Assembly (NCBI GenBank): GCA_043823745.1
Contig: JBDRAN010000003.1
Span: forward strand, 66,958-130,957
Reading direction: 5' to 3'
Source of the DNA: Candidatus Omnitrophota bacterium
GTDB lineage: Bacteria; Omnitrophota; Gorgyraeia; Duberdicusellales; 4484-171
Length of the DNA stretch: 64,000 bases
A program made the translations under genes and the position numbers. This document shows, one piece after another, positions 60,937 to 64,000 of this stretch. Below the pieces are notes generated by a model. The model was not told the DNA's origin. It worked only from the letters and a program-made list of their open reading frames with translations, and made no database searches. Each line of letters begins with the position of its first letter. Position 1 is the stretch's first letter.

Positions 60937-62127
60937 CTATTCTTTTTCAAACTTGATGTCGTCAAGATAGAACAGGATGCCCGCAGGATCATTAACTTCT
61001 AAGTTTGTTGCCCAGCAGAAACCTCCAATAATATAGGAAAGATCTTTGCCGCGCAAATCAATTTCGTATTTCTTCCAATCCTTTGTCAGCTGCACCGAAA
61101 CGATACTGGCGCTGTCTGAATCGGGGTAATCACCGTTGGTAATGCCGCCGACCTTAAACTCATTAATAATTTCTCCGCCCTTATCGCCGCGCGCCCAAAA
61201 GGTAAGCTTTATCGCACCCTGCAGATTAAAACCTTTCTTAGGCACCGTCCCCCAGTTATTAGCCGGGTTCTGCCAGTAAATGCCGGCCCATTTGTTCCCC
61301 GAGATATCCTTGTATTCGATTCGAATACACGTGTCCCCGCTGAAAGGGAGATTCTTCCATGCCTGATCAAGTTTAATATCTTTGCCGGTCGCGGCATTAG
61401 GCATCCAGCCGCTGGGAATATAGTGATTATCAAGAGACCCTGCGTCAGCGTACACATAGAAAGGAAAATTCGTGGCCGCTTCTTCCTTCTTTAACGTTGC
61501 ATCATACGTATAATAAACATCATCAAGATAGACAACCTGTTCTCCCCCTGCCTGGTCGGCGTTAAAAATGAGGCACAGGCCGCCATTGATGTAGGAAAGG
61601 TCTTTATCTACCAAATTTACAGAATACTCCTGCCAATCTTTCGTTACGCGGATCGGACCAGACTCAACGCTGGCAGTATCCGCAAAAGGAACCTTGTCAC
61701 CGTTGGCGGCATTATTGGTGATCCCGCCGACTTTAACGACGGTAATAACTTCTCCGCCCTTATCGCCGCGCGCTTTAAAAACAAGCTTGTTCAAACCGCT
61801 TAAGTCAAATCCGGTATCCTTCGTCCCCCAGTTATTCTGAGACGATTGCCAGTAAATACCCGCCCAGCCTTGACCTTGTGATTTTTTGGCTGTGTAAGTA
61901 ACTTTCATGGCGGTATTTCCGGCAGACGTTCCTTCTGCTTGATCACTGAACTTTAAATCACCATAATCACCCATCCAGCCACTCGGGATGTAATGATTAT
62001 CCGCAGCATTTTTATCGGTAAAAACATTGAAACGCTTTGCTTCCGCTGCGTATGCGCCCGACCCAAACAGGACGGCCAACGAGAACACGACGAATGCCAC
62101 GAAACCTGCACCTAATCTTTTACCCAT
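60937..62127 (-). CDS. secreted protein with two tandem carbohydrate-binding-like (beta-sandwich) domains
   Basis: Signal peptide; duplicated NHYIPSGWM...WAGIYWQ..NNWGT...ARGDKGGE...YLDD; AGGAGG RBS. Confidence 0.75.
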   Translation of the reverse strand: MGKRLGAGFVAFVVFSLAVLFGSGAYAAEAKRFNVFTDKNAADNHYIPSGWMGDYGDLKFSDQAEGTSAGNTAMKVTYTAKKSQGQGWAGIYWQSSQNNWGTKDTGFDLSGLNKLVFKARGDKGGEVITVVKVGGITNNAANGDKVPFADTASVESGPIRVTKDWQEYSVNLVDKDLSYINGGLCLIFNADQAGGEQVVYLDDVYYTYDATLKKEEAATNFPFYVYADAGSLDNHYIPSGWMPNAATGKDIKLDQAWKNLPFSGDTCIRIEYKDISGNKWAGIYWQNPANNWGTVPKKGFNLQGAIKLTFWARGDKGGEIINEFKVGGITNGDYPDSDSASIVSVQLTKDWKKYEIDLRGKDLSYIIGGFCWATNLEVNDPAGILFYLDDIKFEKE

Positions 62128-62257
62128 TGTATTCCTCCTTTGTTTGACCTGACTCTGTGAAAAAAAATTTCCTATAATATTCATATTCACCCGCGTACGG
62201 TCACCTCCTCACTAAAAATTAGACGCTCCAAACAAGCACACTGTCGACACGAATATG

Positions 62258-64000
62258 TTACTTTTTCCATAAATCTTTATAGGTAAAATACACTTCCTTT
62301 AAACGACGCAAGAAGGGTGAGCTCTTACCGTCTCCCTGTCCGCAGACGCCAAGCCATTCTTCATGCATATATCCGTCTAAAAATGGGCCCGTAAAGATCC
62401 CTTGCCGGTCATGGTGAGCCGGCTCATAGGCCTTCCACCACTCATCGAGCCACTCAAACACAAATCCACCCAAGGCATTGCCTGCGCCGTATCCAGCAGC
62501 GTTACATACGATATCGTTCCAGCAACCCTTGTGATACTCTGCCTGAAAATGTTCTGCTTCCTGTTCGCTGTAACCTTTAGCACACGAGGGGGTGCCGTAT
62601 TCGGTAATCATCCCCGGTCGGTCGGCCGTACGCGCAAGTTCATCCCAGAAATCAAGAAACCCGTATTTCCCACGGTACGCGTTAGCTCCAAAAATATCAA
62701 TATCAGGAGCGTTCTTGGCAAACACATCAAGAAATAACACATCGCCTGAGGCAATAGCGACCGGGCGCTTCTGGGGATCAAGCGATTTTATCAAAAGAGC
62801 AGCTTCATTTGCAAACGTAAAGAAACTTTCGGGATCTTTATCGGCATTACAGGCGACCCCGTAAACATTCTCATTGCCTAAAATCCAAAACAACACTCCC
62901 GGCTCATCCTTGAACTCTTCCACCATCTGCCGCACGCTCTCAAGCATGTTCTTTCGTTGCACTGGATCGCTGTAGATGGTCCCGGGATTCCATTCGGCTT
63001 TACTTCCCAGGGCATATTTACCTAGAAAGTCGCCTATTATGGTATATATACCATATTTTTGGTGCATTTGTCCAACTAACGCCTTATTTATTTTAAAAGG
63101 CTGGTGGTACATACGAACGGCATTAACCCCCATATCTTTCATCAAGGCAAAATCACCTATCGCCGGTTCGTCAGAATCCTTGATATTGTTGGCGTTTTTA
63201 TCGACCCACGCTTCAAAGGGAGCATCGACTAACCCGTTATTATTTAAATCCTGGGTCGACCAATTCTGCATAGTTCCCTTATCCGGCGACTCGCCAACCT
63301 TTGTGGGGCCATACGTAACACCCTTGATCATAAAAGGTTTCCCTTCAAGAAGGAGTTGCCAATCCCCACTCGCGTATTTGACAAGCTTAACGCGGCTGCC
63401 TCCCCGTTCTGCTACAACCGCTCCGGGCTTGCGCTTCTTGGCGCAACAAATATCGCCGCTTAAGGAGATTTGGCTAAACAAGGAAACTTTAACCAATTTC
63501 CCGGGATTCACAATGAATGAATCATTACGCACATCATTGTCATATCCGTTGACCACGTTAAGCGATGCTCCCTGGAGCTTAAGACCCAGCTGGGGATTCT
63601 CTTTCAAAAGATACTTGATCCGGTAAAGCGCTGCTTTTGCCACATACCAGGGAGTATTCCAGTATGTTTTACTGTAAACATGCGGAAAATGCACCAGGAT
63701 CGCGTAGTAGGCTTTAATTGCCTGTTTCGTATAGCCGCTACGCTCCAAGATATCCGCGATATAAAACAAGCGCACCCCATCAGGCTCACTCGCCACATTC
63801 CATTTATAGAAGGCAGTTTTTAGATCTCGGCCATTTAAAACTTTCCAATGATCGATACCGGAAAGTTGTTTCTTTACGTTTACAAAGTCAGGATCAAATT
63901 TAATCGATGCGGTATTCGGATAGATCCCCTCTCCGACTGCCTTAGAGAGCCCGATAGGATCTTTGACAATATATTTATACGCTTTCGTTCCCACGCCGGT
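62258..64000 (-). CDS. clan GH-A glycoside hydrolase with N-terminal TPR-like helices (5' end outside window)
   Basis: GVNAVRMY, LGNEN, ITEYG, FEWLDEWWK; frame open to the window edge. Confidence 0.8.
   Translation of the reverse strand, partial: TGVGTKAYKYIVKDPIGLSKAVGEGIYPNTASIKFDPDFVNVKKQLSGIDHWKVLNGRDLKTAFYKWNVASEPDGVRLFYIADILERSGYTKQAIKAYYAILVHFPHVYSKTYWNTPWYVAKAALYRIKYLLKENPQLGLKLQGASLNVVNGYDNDVRNDSFIVNPGKLVKVSLFSQISLSGDICCAKKRKPGAVVAERGGSRVKLVKYASGDWQLLLEGKPFMIKGVTYGPTKVGESPDKGTMQNWSTQDLNNNGLVDAPFEAWVDKNANNIKDSDEPAIGDFALMKDMGVNAVRMYHQPFKINKALVGQMHQKYGIYTIIGDFLGKYALGSKAEWNPGTIYSDPVQRKNMLESVRQMVEEFKDEPGVLFWILGNENVYGVACNADKDPESFFTFANEAALLIKSLDPQKRPVAIASGDVLFLDVFAKNAPDIDIFGANAYRGKYGFLDFWDELARTADRPGMITEYGTPSCAKGYSEQEAEHFQAEYHKGCWNDIVCNAAGYGAGNALGGFVFEWLDEWWKAYEPAHHDRQGIFTGPFLDGYMHEEWLGVCGQGDGKSSPFLRRLKEVYFTYKDLWKK

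Overview
A 64-kb core-genome segment of a diderm bacterium, most likely PVC superphylum / Candidatus Omnitrophota-like (inferred from a PVC-type small basic protein, LPS heptose genes and gene order). Every convincing gene is on the minus strand. 28.4-59.0 kb is one contiguous translation/transcription supercluster (tRNA-Thr, rpmG, tRNA-Trp, secE, nusG, rplKAJL, rpoBC, rpsLG, fusA, tuf, S10, spc and alpha operons), in which fusA is split by a single extra base and EF-Tu has an atypical switch I. The left part holds housekeeping genes (aroB, aroQ, thiC, accBC, pfkA, gmhA, rfaE2, icd, mdh, leuCD-like with pilT between the two subunits) and a run of four nucleotide phosphohydrolases beside a degenerate ATPase. 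The right end has a clan GH-A glycosidase / tandem-CBM cluster. No transposase, integrase, prophage or CRISPR was seen. The least explained signals are non-coding: (i) a ~470-bp array of ~45-nt hairpin units with covarying, partly nested stems at 59.1-59.56 kb, (ii) a ~510-bp run of long inverted repeats downstream of tRNA-Gly, and (iii) a dispersed CGCGAAT/CGCTAAT repeat family lying next to stop codons. All calls are from motif recognition by eye; no database search was run.
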